Of a DNA stretch of 64,000 nucleotides, positions 50,110 through 62,658 are shown in pieces. Source of the stretch: Hypanus sabinus (Eukaryota); the NCBI RefSeq assembly GCF_030144855.1, contig NC_082736.1:9176001-9240000 (forward strand), read 5' to 3'. The notes beneath the pieces are model-generated. The model was not told where the DNA came from. It did no database searches and saw only the letters and a list, made by a program, of their open reading frames with translations. The first letter of the stretch is position 1. The number at the start of each line of letters is the position of its first letter. Both the position numbers and the translations under genes were made by a program.

Positions 50110-51720
50110 TAATTCAACCACTCTAATCCATATATCCCATATGTTTACACAAATGAGACATCAGTGATATTGGTCTATAACTAGGAGGATCCAACAGGGG
50201 TTTTCCAGGAATTAGAATAGACACTACAATTGCAATTTTCCATGAGGAGGGAAGATGGCTTAAACACCAATTACGATTCAACAATGTAATATTATCACAA
50301 GAGAGCTGTGGCCATATATTTAAACATGCAATAACATGTATCATCCTTTCCTGGAGACAACTGACCTGTACTATTAATAGCTTTCCTAAATTCACACAAA
50401 GAAAACTCTACATCACTATCATTGCTACAGCTGGTTTCCAACACGTCAGGGTATTCTCTTAAAAGCTTATCCCTACATTGTTTGATGAAGGGTCTTGGCC
50501 CAAAATGTCGACAGTGCTTCTCCCTATCGATGCTGCCTTGCCTGCTGTGTTCTACCAGCATTTTGTGTGTTGTTGTTTGAATTTCCAGCATCTGCAGATT
50601 TCCTCGTGTTTGCCCTACATTGTATAGTCTCTTCATTATTTTGATTATGAATTACAGGTACTGACCAAGCCAGTAACTAAACCCTCTTCATTTCGGTCAC
50701 AATTGTATCACCTTCTTTAATCAATACTTGGAACCCTATGAATCCCTCACCTCCATTTTCATTCCCCTAACACCTCCAAGTTTCATAGTCCTTCCAATTC
50801 TAGCACAATATGACCTCTAGTAAATCTTTTCACAACCTTCATTAAATTCCTCACCACGGCCTGTGACCTGTTATACTTAATAGGATCACACGGACAGTTA
50901 TACTTCTTAACTTTCCGAAAAGCCACATTTCTCACAGTAATTGCCTCTGCACACTCCTCCGTCCACCATGGTACAGCTTTTCTCCTATTAATGCACTTTT
51001 TAATATGTATGTCTTCCAGCACATTTGAGGAATAATGTGACAGTCTTTCTTTGCAGAAATCCACATCATCCTCACTATTCAATTCAGACAGATGTTCCGT
51101 TCATCACATAAAACATCAAAACTTCTCCAATTTGCTTTACCAAAATTCCACCTCCTCAAAGTGGCTTCTTGTCCCCGATATAAATCTAAACCCAGGCTTA
51201 TAAATAGAGGAATATGATCACACCCCAATGTTTCATCTCCCATGACATACCACTCACTCACTGCAGCCTGAATGCTTGATACTAAACTAAATTTAGAACA
51301 GTTTAGGAACTATTATGAACATTAAATCTCATAATTCTCCCACCAGTAAGACACACAAGATGTGAAATATCTAAAACTCTTCTACAATCAAACTATCATC
51401 ATCATTCTGAGAACAACCCCACAGTGAACCCTATGCATTAAAATCCCCAACCATACCACCCTTAGTGAGCTAGAGCTACATATATTCTCCAACAAATCAA
51501 TCGAATGCTTTTCACAATGGTTATAATAATACAGCTCTAATGTCACTACCTGTTGAATCAAATACTTCTACGAGAAGTGCCTCATACATTTCATTTACAT
51601 CCACAACTGTACGCCTTCTCCTTTTCTGTATAAAATTTGCAACACACCTTCTCTACCAACTAATCTATCACGCCTAATTGCAATATAATCCTGGAAGGAA
51701 GAATTTAAATGTGGGAAACC
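50110..51720 (-). mobile_element. I-group (I/Nimb/Ingi-like) LINE fragment
   Basis: GDFNA, LGCDHIP, WNFGKANW, VPWWTEEC, SPGKD, PSSWK.A....PGK...SYRPISL.SHLCK. Confidence 0.72.
50482..50612 (+). mobile_element. 131-bp Penelope pLTR-only insertion with perfect 11-bp TSD
   Basis: CCCTACATTGT at 50471-81 and 50613-23; the insert begins in the hammerhead core (TGATGAAGGG..CCCAAAATGTCGAC). Confidence 0.85.
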
Positions 51721-51824
51721 AGGTTTCCTGAATATATACAACATCAGATAGATTTGATAAATCAGAAATAAACATGAAGTCTTGACCGTGATAAATTCTG
51801 GCTTCTGGAAATATTCATATTCCC

Positions 51825-52020
51825 CCTTCTTATACATTCTGGAGAAATGTAGCGGGACGTTTATGATTGGTGAAACAGTGCCTTATCTGATTAGAAAGGG
51901 AAAATATTCCAATCAGAGAGCTGCTTTATTCACCAATCAAGACACAGCAACGGTATAAGCGCGGAAAATAACCTAACCGCCGAAGTAAACTGAAATTTGC
52001 AAAAGACCGCCAAAAAAGCC
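51825..52020 (-). promoter_or_regulatory. Orphan H2A-type promoter (no CDS)
   Basis: Motif-by-motif homology to 41270-41470 (TATA, gattg, ccaatc x2, aagcgcgga, ccgccaaaaaa) at similar spacing from an H2B gene. Confidence 0.65.
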
Positions 52021-52597
52021 TTTGTTGCTGAAATTAAACTATAAACAGGTTTGGTTGTCGACCCTTTACCCCAGTTACTGAAGACCGACACATTTAAACC
52101 AAGTGTAGTTAATATGGCAACAGTGTCTGGAGATTTAGTTCACCGATTTCTTTCAATTGATAAATGTTTGCGGACGGTCATTGTGAAGACTCAAGTCAAT
52201 TTACCAACTGATGGCCCTTCAGAAAGTGGAGAATTAACAAATACAGTCTGAACAAATCGTGAGTGTTCAGCTCTCGTGTTGGAATGGGGTTAAGAGAAGT
52301 AACCAAAATGGGACAAAACTTAATGAACCGCATTCTCCACGGTAATTAAACCAGAAAAAACAATTAGTGTCTTCTTCAGAGAAACCTGATGAAATGACGG
52401 GGAAGGGGAGCGTGACGATTCCGTGCCTGTGCAGTACGCAGGAATGTAACAGAGAAATCGGGATTCTGCTGAATAGTGGACAGCAATTTCTGAGTAACGT
52501 AGATAAGATTCTGAATGAGCGCATCAAAAAGAAATTTTCAAACTTACCTCGAATCCATGTCTCAATATTTTGTAGCCCTTTTAATGAAACCATGAGT

Positions 52598-52613
52598 GGC
52601 TCTTAAAAGAGCC
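52598..52613 (-). promoter_or_regulatory. Histone 3' stem-loop (H2B copy 2)
   Basis: Minus strand GGCTCT-TTTA-AGAGCC. Confidence 0.95.
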
Positions 52614-52650
52614 TTTGATTTTCCCATTTGTTTTGTTTGTAAACTTGTCT

Positions 52651-53025
52651 TCACTTGGAGTTGGTGTGCTTGGTCACCGCCTTTGTCCCTTCGGACACGG
52701 CGTGCTTGGCCAGTTCCCCGGGCAGCAGCAGGCGCACGGCGGTCTGGATCTCCCGGGAGCTGATGGTGGACCGCTTGTTGTAATGAGCCAGGCGGGAAGC
52801 CTCACCCGCGATGCGCTTGAAAATATCGTTCACGAATGAATTCATGATGCTCATGGCCTTGGAGGAGATGCCGGTGTTGGGGTGAACCTGCTTCATCATT
52901 TTGTAGATGTAGATGGCGTAAGTCTCCTTCCTCGACCTCTTGCGCTTCTTGCCAGACTTGCTCGCCGGTTTGGACAGAGCTTTCTTGGCGCCCTTCTTGG
53001 GAGCGGGTTTCGGTGCATCAGGCAT
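52651..53025 (-). CDS. H2B: Histone H2B, divergent copy (possibly decaying)
   Basis: Open 124-aa frame from ATG 53025; V44M, D51N, E71K, Y121H (human numbering); octamer decayed to ATGATAAT. Confidence 0.85.
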   Translation of the reverse strand: MPDAPKPAPKKGAKKALSKPASKSGKKRKRSRKETYAIYIYKMMKQVHPNTGISSKAMSIMNSFVNDIFKRIAGEASRLAHYNKRSTISSREIQTAVRLLLPGELAKHAVSEGTKAVTKHTNSK

Positions 53026-54509
53026 TTCCTCATCGGTTTCAAACACAATAATAAGCAGAAGCTGTTCGGAGTCCAGATTAAATAGGCAGCGCCCAAAGTG
53101 GTATGATAATGAGGATGGGAATGCTAAGCATTTCCATTGGCTGTTTTGAGAAAGGAATCACCATTCGGAACGCTGGGGGATGGGGAACGGCACCAATGTG
53201 TGGAAATCGAGTTTATTTATGCCCAGGCAAAAGGAACAACGTATTTGTAGCAACATCAGACACAACAGACACAACATTGACAAGAAACACTGAAATTAAA
53301 TATAAATTATACCAACATATTCAAATAGACAGAGGACTATCAGAACAAAATCAAAATAACAAAGAGATTATGCAGGCAGTGGGAGAATCACCCTCTTGTG
53401 CTTCTTCATCTCGTCACTTTCGATTCAGTGTCACGCAACGCTGACACTTTGATCTGGCCCATGCCTTCATTCACCAGGTCCAACACTTGCCTTTATTGGA
53501 TCTTCCTCCTCCTTACACTGGTAATCGGGTTTGTGGGTGTGTGGCCAGGGTTAGAAGGGGTGGGTGCCCCTTCTTAGGATTAGGTTTGAGGGTAGGGTTG
53601 GTGGATGTATACGTGGGGCTGGGAGAGATGTGGAGTTTAGTATGGTGAAAAATGTTGGGCTATGATGGATAGGGTAGTGCAGTTGAGCCATTTTAATCTA
53701 GCCGATGCCTTTCATTAACGTGGCCTGACCCCACTTGGCTTAAAGAACCGGGTGTGCAAAGGGACCCATCATCAGTACTGCAATCTGGGGTCATTGGGGG
53801 CTTTGGGTCGTTAATCATGAGACTACCTGGCCAGGTGACCGAGTCAGGGTTGATCAGGCCCAGCTTGTGTTCACCCCCTCGACCAAGATAATGAGAGGCA
53901 TGTAATTCTGCATGTTGTGGGTATTTGAGACCTTGTTACTTGGATGTATATTGACCATTTGGAGAGTACAATGTTCTGAGGCCTAGTAATCAGGCTTTAC
54001 CTCCAAGTAAGGTTCAAATGTCCTACTTTAAATTTACATCTGTCTTTATTTTGTATCTGTGTGCCTGGGATTGCATGGGTTAAATTAACAGTGTTTACTG
54101 CAGTACAAACTAGTGATTGAGGTTGTGCAGATTTGTCCATAATTCCAAAATACAAAAATCTCTGAAATCCAGAACTTTTTCTGCTGACATGACATCACAA
54201 ATGGAGAATTTTACCAGGGTTAAATGGCTTGTCATATGAAGAGCCTTTCATGGCTCTGGGCCACTCTTCCCTGTAACATCGAATAAAGAAAGGTTACCGA
54301 ATTGAAACCTATCAAATAGTGCAAGGGCTTGATTGAGTGGATGTGGAGAGGATTTTTCCTGTGGTGGGAATGTCTAAAACCAGACCACACAGCTTCAAAA
54401 TAGAAGGACATCCTTTTAGAATGGAGATGAGGAGGAATTCCTTCAGCCAGAGAGTGGTGAATCTCTGGAATTTTTTGCCACAGGCAGCAGTAGCCATGCT
54501 CCAATAGTA

Positions 54510-56241
54510 CCGTAGATTCCGGACTACAGAGCGCACCTGATTAAAAGCCGCACGCTCTAATTTTAGAAAGAAAATCAATTTTCTACTTGTACAAGCCGCA
54601 CCGGATTTTAAGCCGCAGGTGCCCCACGTTGTAATATGAGATATTTACACAGAAAGATATTACACGTGAGGATTTTTTAACTTTTAATTAAATCCCTATG
54701 GTAACATAAACAAATACATATTGCAAATGCTTTTTTTTGAACAGCGCCTGTAACACAGCTACTTTTAAATATACATACATATCGGTAACACACAAATTAC
54801 GTTGCGTATACTTTTTTACTGAACAGTGCACGAACAACATTCCAATATCTCCTAACGACTGGTAAAAAAAATATATATACTGCAGCCTACCAGGAAAAGT
54901 TATTGATCGCCTTCTTCATCTTCCTCCTGCGCACTAAAACCATCAAAGTCCTTCAGTGTCCGAATTGAATAAAACCTCAAGCTCTCGTTATTCACTTCAG
55001 TCTCTTCGTTGTCGCTCTCACTTGAGCGCACGCGGTCCTCTTCATCACGCAGCAGTCCAGCCTTTCGAAACCCGTTGGTGATGGTGGATGTTGTGACACA
55101 GCTCCACGCATTTAGGATCCACTGGCAGACTTGAGTTAAAGATGCTCTTCGCATGCGTCCTGTTTTGGTAAAGGATTTCTCGCCGCTCGTCATCCAAGCC
55201 TCCCACTCAACGCGCAGCGCCACTTTAAATGCCCGGTTCACGCAAATGTCCAGTGGCTGCAAATACTTCGTGGTGCCCCCAGGAATCACAGCTGGAATTG
55301 AGTTTGTACTCTTGATGGCAGCTTTCCCTGAACTTTCATTGTCAGCCGCTTAAAAAATCACCATCGGTGGAAGCTTTAGTCCGGATGCTGTGCAGCTCAG
55401 AACACAAGTAAAATGCGTTCTCTCATGGCCACTTGTTTTCAGTGTGATGGACGAGTCACCTTTTTTATTAACAGTCCGAGTGAGAGGCAGGTCAAACGTC
55501 AAAGGTAATTCATCCATATTTAGGATATCATCTGGCCCGATGGAATTCTCCGCTATCTTTGTTTGAGTGAGTGTGCGGAAGTTAGCAAGCTTTTCCTTGT
55601 GGTCGGGAGGGAGCTGCTGACACAGTGTCATGCGTACCCTAACGGACAGGCTTTTTCGTCTCATAAATCTAAAACACCACGATGGCCCACCTCTAAAATC
55701 TTCAATTTTCATTTTGGTGGCGATTGCTTTAGCCTTCAGTCTGATCTACCGCCTGCTCTCTGTGTGTTAACCCAGTCTTCAAGAAAGTTTTCAAGTTCGG
55801 GCCATCTGCTATGATTACCTCTGAAAGCTTTTGTCGTCTTTTTGCATTGACTCAGTTCTTCATGCTGGCATCTCCACCGTCTCACCATCGATTCATTTAT
55901 GCCAAGATTATGTGCAGCAGCTCGATTTCCTTCTTCAACTGCCAGATTGATCGCCTTTAACTTAAAAGCTGCATCATATGCTTTTCTTCGAGTGTTTTCC
56001 ATGTTGATGAGGGTGAGTACAAATGACTGATTTACAATAATTTAATTGTGAAAGTGCGCTTGATTTATCGTACAATTTCATTGGACCGCTGTGAACTACT
56101 CATCAATTTTATTGGTCTACTGTTATGAGGCAAAATGTTTTTGGCGGCATGAAAAAAAACATGCATTAGCCGCACTGTAGTATAGGCCGCAGTGTTCAAA
56201 GCGTGGGAAAAAAGTAGCGGCTTATAGTCCGGAATTTACGG
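54510..56241 (-). mobile_element. pogo-family DNA transposon (POGK-like), internally deleted
   Basis: TIRs CCGTARATTCCGGACTA with TA on both sides; Brinker-like DBD YDAAFKLKAI..., CENP-B HTH W..RFMRR, NMDE, IPGGTTKYLQPLD. Confidence 0.92.
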
Positions 56242-56988
56242 TAGTTTCCCCAAGGCTGGTAGAGCTGTAACCTGACGTCACAGTCCAGTGCCCAATACTC
56301 TAACGGATGAATATAAGTGTGGCAAACACCTTCTTCACCGTCCTGCCGACCTGTGTTTACACTTTGAAGGAATTCGATATCTGCACCCCGATATCTCTCT
56401 GTTTTACAGCACTCCCAGGGACTCACCATTCCCCACAGCAGTTCTGCCCTGGTTCATCATTGACAATGGAACATCTCACATTTATCTGCAATTCCTCAAA
56501 TCACTGACCTCATTCATCACCGTCCTGTTGTATTGCTAGTTACATTTTTTTTCCACAATCCACGATATCAACAACTTTAGTGGCATCGGTAAATTTGCAA
56601 AGCCGGGCATTGATATTGTCAGCCGCATCATTAATAAATGAATTGCCGCAGCAGACTTGACTCGTATCCCTGTGCCACCCTATTGATCACAGGTCTCCAG
56701 TCTAAACAATGACTTTGTCTCCTACCACCAGGCCAATATTGTAGCCACTGCCCTGGATCATGTGATCTCTCCTTCCAGACACGAGCCTCACCAGTCTGAA
56801 GCTCGCAGGCTTTTCCTTGCAGCGATACACACAATGCCCGAGGAACTCAGCAGGCCAGGCAGCAAGAAAACAGCCGGCGTTTCAGGCCTGGACCATTCAC
56901 CACCATCTGCAGTTTCCTGTGTTCGGTTTTCCTTCGATTCCAAGTCACTGCATAACATAATCCATCCTCCAATCCTCTGCCACTACTC

Positions 56989-57172
56989 CTGCCCGAGAAA
57001 CGCGCAGAGACAGGAGTAGAGGAGACAAAGTCAGAGTGACGGACAGAGCTGAGACCGGACTCTCAACTTCTACACCCGTCAATTTCCAGCGGTTTATCAG
57101 AAACACAGAGCTCCTGAGAGAGGAAAAACTCCCTAATACACCACGTACATACTGAAGGAATTCTAGGAATTT
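56989..57172 (-). other. Orphan H4 upstream/promoter fragment lacking TATA and CDS
   Basis: Diverged copy of ~58050-58266 (cctgcccgagaaacgcgcagagac...gacggacagagc...ctgaagga). Confidence 0.7.
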
Positions 57173-57614
57173 ACTGGCGGTCGGACTTCATCCAAACGGA
57201 ATACAGCGTTTTTGGCGCAGTATTAATTTCAAATCGCCTGCCAGTTTCAGAGCACCCAGCAACAGTGCTTGATTACATTTCTTTAAAATGATTTAACATT
57301 AATTTTATCACGGATTATACAATGTCAGTTTCATTCAATACATTTAATATCAAATTCCCTCAATTAAGATTTAAATGCATAATTACGGAATCCGTTCTCT
57401 GAACGAGTGAACTGCTTTCTGTCCGAGATAGATAAAAGGATTAAGATCGATCTTAATACATTCAGGATTTACGGTTATCCCTGACTGGAAAGGCAGAATC
57501 GCAGGAATATTTCAAGCAGAACCAATCAATATGTTTCAAATGTAACTCAGCTCTCTGTATCGATAAAAATAATTAAAAGGTTGTGGACACGGCTCCCTTT
57601 GTGAGGCGGTGGGT

Positions 57615-57630
57615 GGCTCTCAGAAGAGCC
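57615..57630 (-). promoter_or_regulatory. Histone 3' stem-loop (H4 copy 3)
   Basis: Minus strand GGCTCT-TCTG-AGAGCC followed by ACCCA. Confidence 0.93.
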
Positions 57631-57663
57631 TTTGTGTTGTGCTCGGGAGGAAGTGGGAGTTTT

Positions 57664-57984
<321 letters not shown>

Positions 57985-58483
57985 TCACTCTGGTCGCTGC
58001 TCAGTAACAAATTGACTGCTGATGTCTCCTTTTATACACAGCGCCCAGACCTGCCCGAGAAACGTGCAGAGAGACAGAGGCGGGGAGGGGAGGAGACAGA
58101 GACAGAGCGACGGACAGAGCCGAGAGCGGCCTCTCATCGTCCAGCTCTGCCTTCACTTTAATACACAGGTCAATTTCCAATGGTTTATCTGCAACACAGC
58201 GCTCGAGCGGAAAAAAAACCCACTCACACACCAAGATACACACTGAAGGATTTCTGGAAATTTGCTGATTCTCCTGCTTTAAATTATAAGAAGTGCTTTT
58301 CCATTCTGCAAATACCCGAGGAATTCGGTCTGTCCCTCCCCGGCCCCATGACCAGTGCGAGCGCCCTCACACACAGCAGTTGGTAGGCGAGGGTGCAGTC
58401 ACTTCCAGTGAGAGGGTTAATTCATCAGAACAATTGTTCCTCTGGGTCGCCAGGGAAATGAAAGTCCGGTCATATAAAGTAAC

Positions 58484-61400
58484 AGTCCGTGGAAGCAGAG
58501 TCCTGGGCTTTGGCTAAGTGGGCTTCGGCGTAAGGGGACTTCAGTAAGCCTGTGTGATTGCTCGCTGAGGGGAAGAAGGTAAGGTCGCTAGGTGCTTTTT
58601 AGACTTATTCTATTAATCCAGTTCAGGTATGGGGGAGACAGTCAGAGCAGTGGTGTGCTCCGTATGCAGTATGTGGGAAGTCAGGGTCAACACAGTTGTC
58701 CCTGATGACCACACCTGCAAGAGGTGCCTCCAGCTGCAGCTCCTATCAGCCCGAGTTAGGGAGTTGGAGCAGGAGCTGGATGAACTACGGATCATTCGGG
58801 AGGTGGAGGCAGAGATAGATAGGAGTTATCAAGAGGTAGTCACACCGAAAAACCAAGAAGTAGGCAGATGGGTGACGGTCCAGAGAGGCAGGGGGAGCAG
58901 GCAGAGAGAGCAGAGCACCCCTGTGGCCATTCCCATTAACAATAAGTATACCGTACTGGATACTGTTGATGGGGATGACCTACCAGGAATGAGTTGTAGT
59001 GGTCCTGCCTCTGGCACAGAGGTTAAACCCTCAACTAGGAAGGGGAGGAGGGAAGAGAAGAGAGCGATAGTTTTAGGGGATTCTATAGTCAGGGGGGCAG
59101 ATAGGAGATTTTGTGGGGCAGATCGGGAGTCTCGGATAGTATGTTGCCTCCCTGGTGCCAGGGTCTGGGACATCTCAGATCGGGTGCAGGCTATTCTTGA
59201 GAACGAGGGCATGAACCCAGATGTAGTGGTCCAAGTAGGGACCAACGATGTAGGTAAGGTGAGTGAGGGGGTCCTGCTTAGAGAGTTCCGGGAGTTAGGA
59301 GTGAAGCTGAAAGGCAGGACCTCCAGGGTGACAATCTCGGGATTGCTACCTGTGCCACGTGCGAGTGAGGCGAAGAATAGAATGATTATGCACATCAATA
59401 CGAGGCTGAGAGTATGATGCAGGAAGGAAGGGTTCAGGTTTTTGGATAATTGGTCTTTGTTCCAGGGACATTGGGATCTGTTTCGAAGGGACGGTCTACA
59501 TCTGAACCGGAGGGGTACTAACATTCTTGCAGGAGTGTTGGCCAGTGCTGCTCGGGGGGGTTTAAACTAGATGTGCAGGGGGCAGGGATCCAGATCCAGA
59601 GGGTTGGTCAGAAGGTGCATGGCGTTAAATGTGTACAAGGTTTGGGTGATCTTGAGAAGGTCATCAAAATTCAGGGTGCAATTTGCCCGATGGAAGTTCA
59701 AGGAGCTGGGTTAGGTACAGTAGACAGTGTTTTAAGCAAAGAGAGGAGGAATGGGCTAAGAATTCTATACTTGAATGCGCGTAGTGTCAGAAATAAGACA
59801 GATGAGCTGGAAGCTCAGATGAAAATGGGGAACTACGATATTGTTGGGATAACGGAGACATGGCTGCAAGGGGATCAGGCCTGGGAATTGAGTGTACCAG
59901 GGTATACGTGCTATCGTAGAGACAGAAATATGGGAAGAGGGGGTGGGGTGGCCCTGTTGGTGAGGAATGAGATTCAGTCCTTAGCAAGAGGTGACTTGGG
60001 AACAGGGGAAGTAGAGTCTGTGTGGATTGAGCTGAGGAACGGTAAGGGTAAAAAGACCCTAATGGGTGTTGTGTACAGGCCTCCAAACAGTAGCGTGGAT
60101 ATTGGGTACAAGTTGATTAGGGAGTTAACACTGGCATGTGCTAAAGGTAATGCAGTCGTTATGGGAGATTTCAACATGCAGGTGGACTGGGAGAATCAGG
60201 TAGGTGCTGGACCCCAGGATAGGGAGTTTGTGGAGTGTCTAAGGGATGTATTTGTGGAACAGCTTGTGCTTGAGACAACCAGGAACGAGGCTATTTTGGA
60301 CTTGGTGATGTGTAATGAACAGGAATTGATAAGTGATCTTGAAGTAAAGGAGCCATTAGGAAGTAGTGATCATAACATGATAAGTTTTTATCTACAATTT
60401 GAGAGGGATAGGGGCAGATCAGACGTGTCAGTGTTGCAATTAAATAAAGGAGACTACGGAGCCATGAGGGAAGAGCTGGCCAAAGTTAAATGGGCGGATG
60501 CCCTGGCAGGAAAGACAGTGGATCAGCAGTGGCAGATATTCTTGGGCTTAATACAAAAGATGCAAATGCAGTTCATTCCAATGAGAAGGAAGGATTCAAA
60601 GAGGGGGAAGGGGCCACAGTGGTTGACAAAGGAAGTCAGAGATTGTATAGCATTAAAGAAAAAGAAGTATGACAGGGCTAAGATGAGTGGGAATACAGAT
60701 GATCGGGGAAGTTTTAAGGAACAGCAGATCTTAACTAAAAAAGCAATACGAAGAGAAAAAATCAGGTATGAGCTCAGTCTAACCAGGAATATAAAAGGGG
60801 ATAGCAAAAGCTTTTTTAGCTATGTGAAGAGAAAGAAGATAGTTAAGAACAATGTTGGCCCCTTGAAGAATGAATTGGGAGAAATTGTTATGGGAAACAG
60901 GGAAATGGCAACAGAATTGAATGCATACTTTAGATCTGTCTTCAACAGGGAGGACACAAGCAATCTCCCAGATGTATGGATGGGCCAGGGTCATAAGATA
61001 TCAGAGGAATTGAGACAGATTGACATTAGGAAAGAAACTGTGATGAGTAGACTGGTAGGACTGAAAGCTAATAAATCCCCGGGTCCAGATGGTCTGCATC
61101 CGAGGGCTCTAAAAGAGGTGGCTCAGGAAATTGCGGATGCATTGGTAATCATTTTCCAATGTTCCTTAGATTCAGGATCAGTTCCTGAAGATTGGAGAGT
61201 GGCTAATGTTGTCCCACTTTTCAAGAAGGGAGGGAAGGAGAAAACGGAGAACTATCGTTAGCCTAACGTCAGTCGTGGGGAAGATGCTTGAGTCCATTAT
61301 TAAGGACGAAATAGTGGCACATCCAGATGGCAGAAATAGGATTAGGCTGAGCCAGCATGGATTTACCAAGGGCAAATCATGCTTGACTAATCTGTTGGAG

Positions 61401-62658
61401 TTTTTTGAGGGTGTAACAAGGATGTTAGACGAGGGTAAGCCAGTGGATGTTGTGTACCTAGATTTTCAGAAGGCATTCGATAAGGTGCCACATAGGAGAT
61501 TGGTGAGTAAAATCTGAGCTCATGGCATTGGGGGCAGGGTTTCAACATGGATAGAAAACTGGTTGGCGGATAGAAAACTGGTTGGCAGATAGAAAGCAAA
61601 GGGTAGCAGTGAATGGGTGTTTCTCTGACTGGCTGGAGGTGACTAGTGGGGTACCACAGGGCTCTGTATTGGGACCACAGCTCTTTACGATTTATGTCAA
61701 TGATTTAGATGAGGGCATTGAAAACTATATCAGCAAGTTTGCTGACGATACTAAACTGGGTGGCAGTGTGACATGCGAAGAGGACGTTAGGAGAATACAG
61801 GGAGACTTGGATAGGCTGAGTGAGTGGGCAGATACTTGGCAGATGTCATTCAATGTGAATAAATGTGAAGTTATCCACTTTGGAAGCTGGAACATGAGGG
61901 CAGAGTATTGTCTGAACGGTGTCGAGTTAGGTAAGGGAGAAATGCAAAGAGACCTCAGAGTCCTAGTTCACCAGTCAATGAAGGTGAATGAGCAAGTGCA
62001 ACAGGCAGTGAAGAGGGCAAATGGAATGTTGGCCTTTGTTACAAGGGGAATTGAATACAAGAGCAAGGATGTTCTTTTGCATTTGTACAGGGCCCTGGTG
62101 AGACCACACCTGGAATATTGTGTACAGTTTTGGTCTCCAGGTTTAAGGAAGGACATTCTGGTAATTGAGGAAGTGCAGCGAAGATTCACTAGGTTGATTC
62201 CTGGGATGGCAGGGCTGTCTTACGCAGAGATTGGAGAGATTGGGCTTGTACATGCTGGAATTGAGGAGATTAAGAGGGGATTTGATTGAAACGTTTAAGA
62301 TAATTAAAGGATTTGATAGGATTGAGGCAGGTAATATGTTCCAGATGTTGGGAGAGTCCAGTACCAGAGGGCATGGATTGAGAATAAGAGGTCAGTTATT
62401 TAAAACAGAGTTGAGGAACAGCTTCTTCTCCCAGAGAGTTGTGGAGATGTGGAATGCACCGCCTCGGAAGACGGTGGAGGCCAATTCTCTGGATGCTTTC
62501 AAGAAGGAGCTGGATAGATATCTGATGGATAGGGGAATCAAGGGATATGGGGACAAGGCAGGGACTGGGTATTGATAGTGAATGATCAGCCATGATCTCA
62601 GAATGGTGGTGCAGACTCGAGGGGCCGAATGGTCTACTTCTGCACCTATTGTCTATTG
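58484..62658 (+). mobile_element. Young CR1 LINE (copy B), lacking the 5' monomers
   Basis: Highly similar to 27671-38334; ORF1 from 58629 (TGA at 59415-17), ORF2 59573-62575 with lesions, CTATTGT tail; the empty site is visible at ~11760 in the paralogous segment. Confidence 0.94.

Noticed and set aside
61550-61587. 19-bp tandem duplication in CR1 copy B RT
   Set aside because: Simple slippage lesion absent from copy A.
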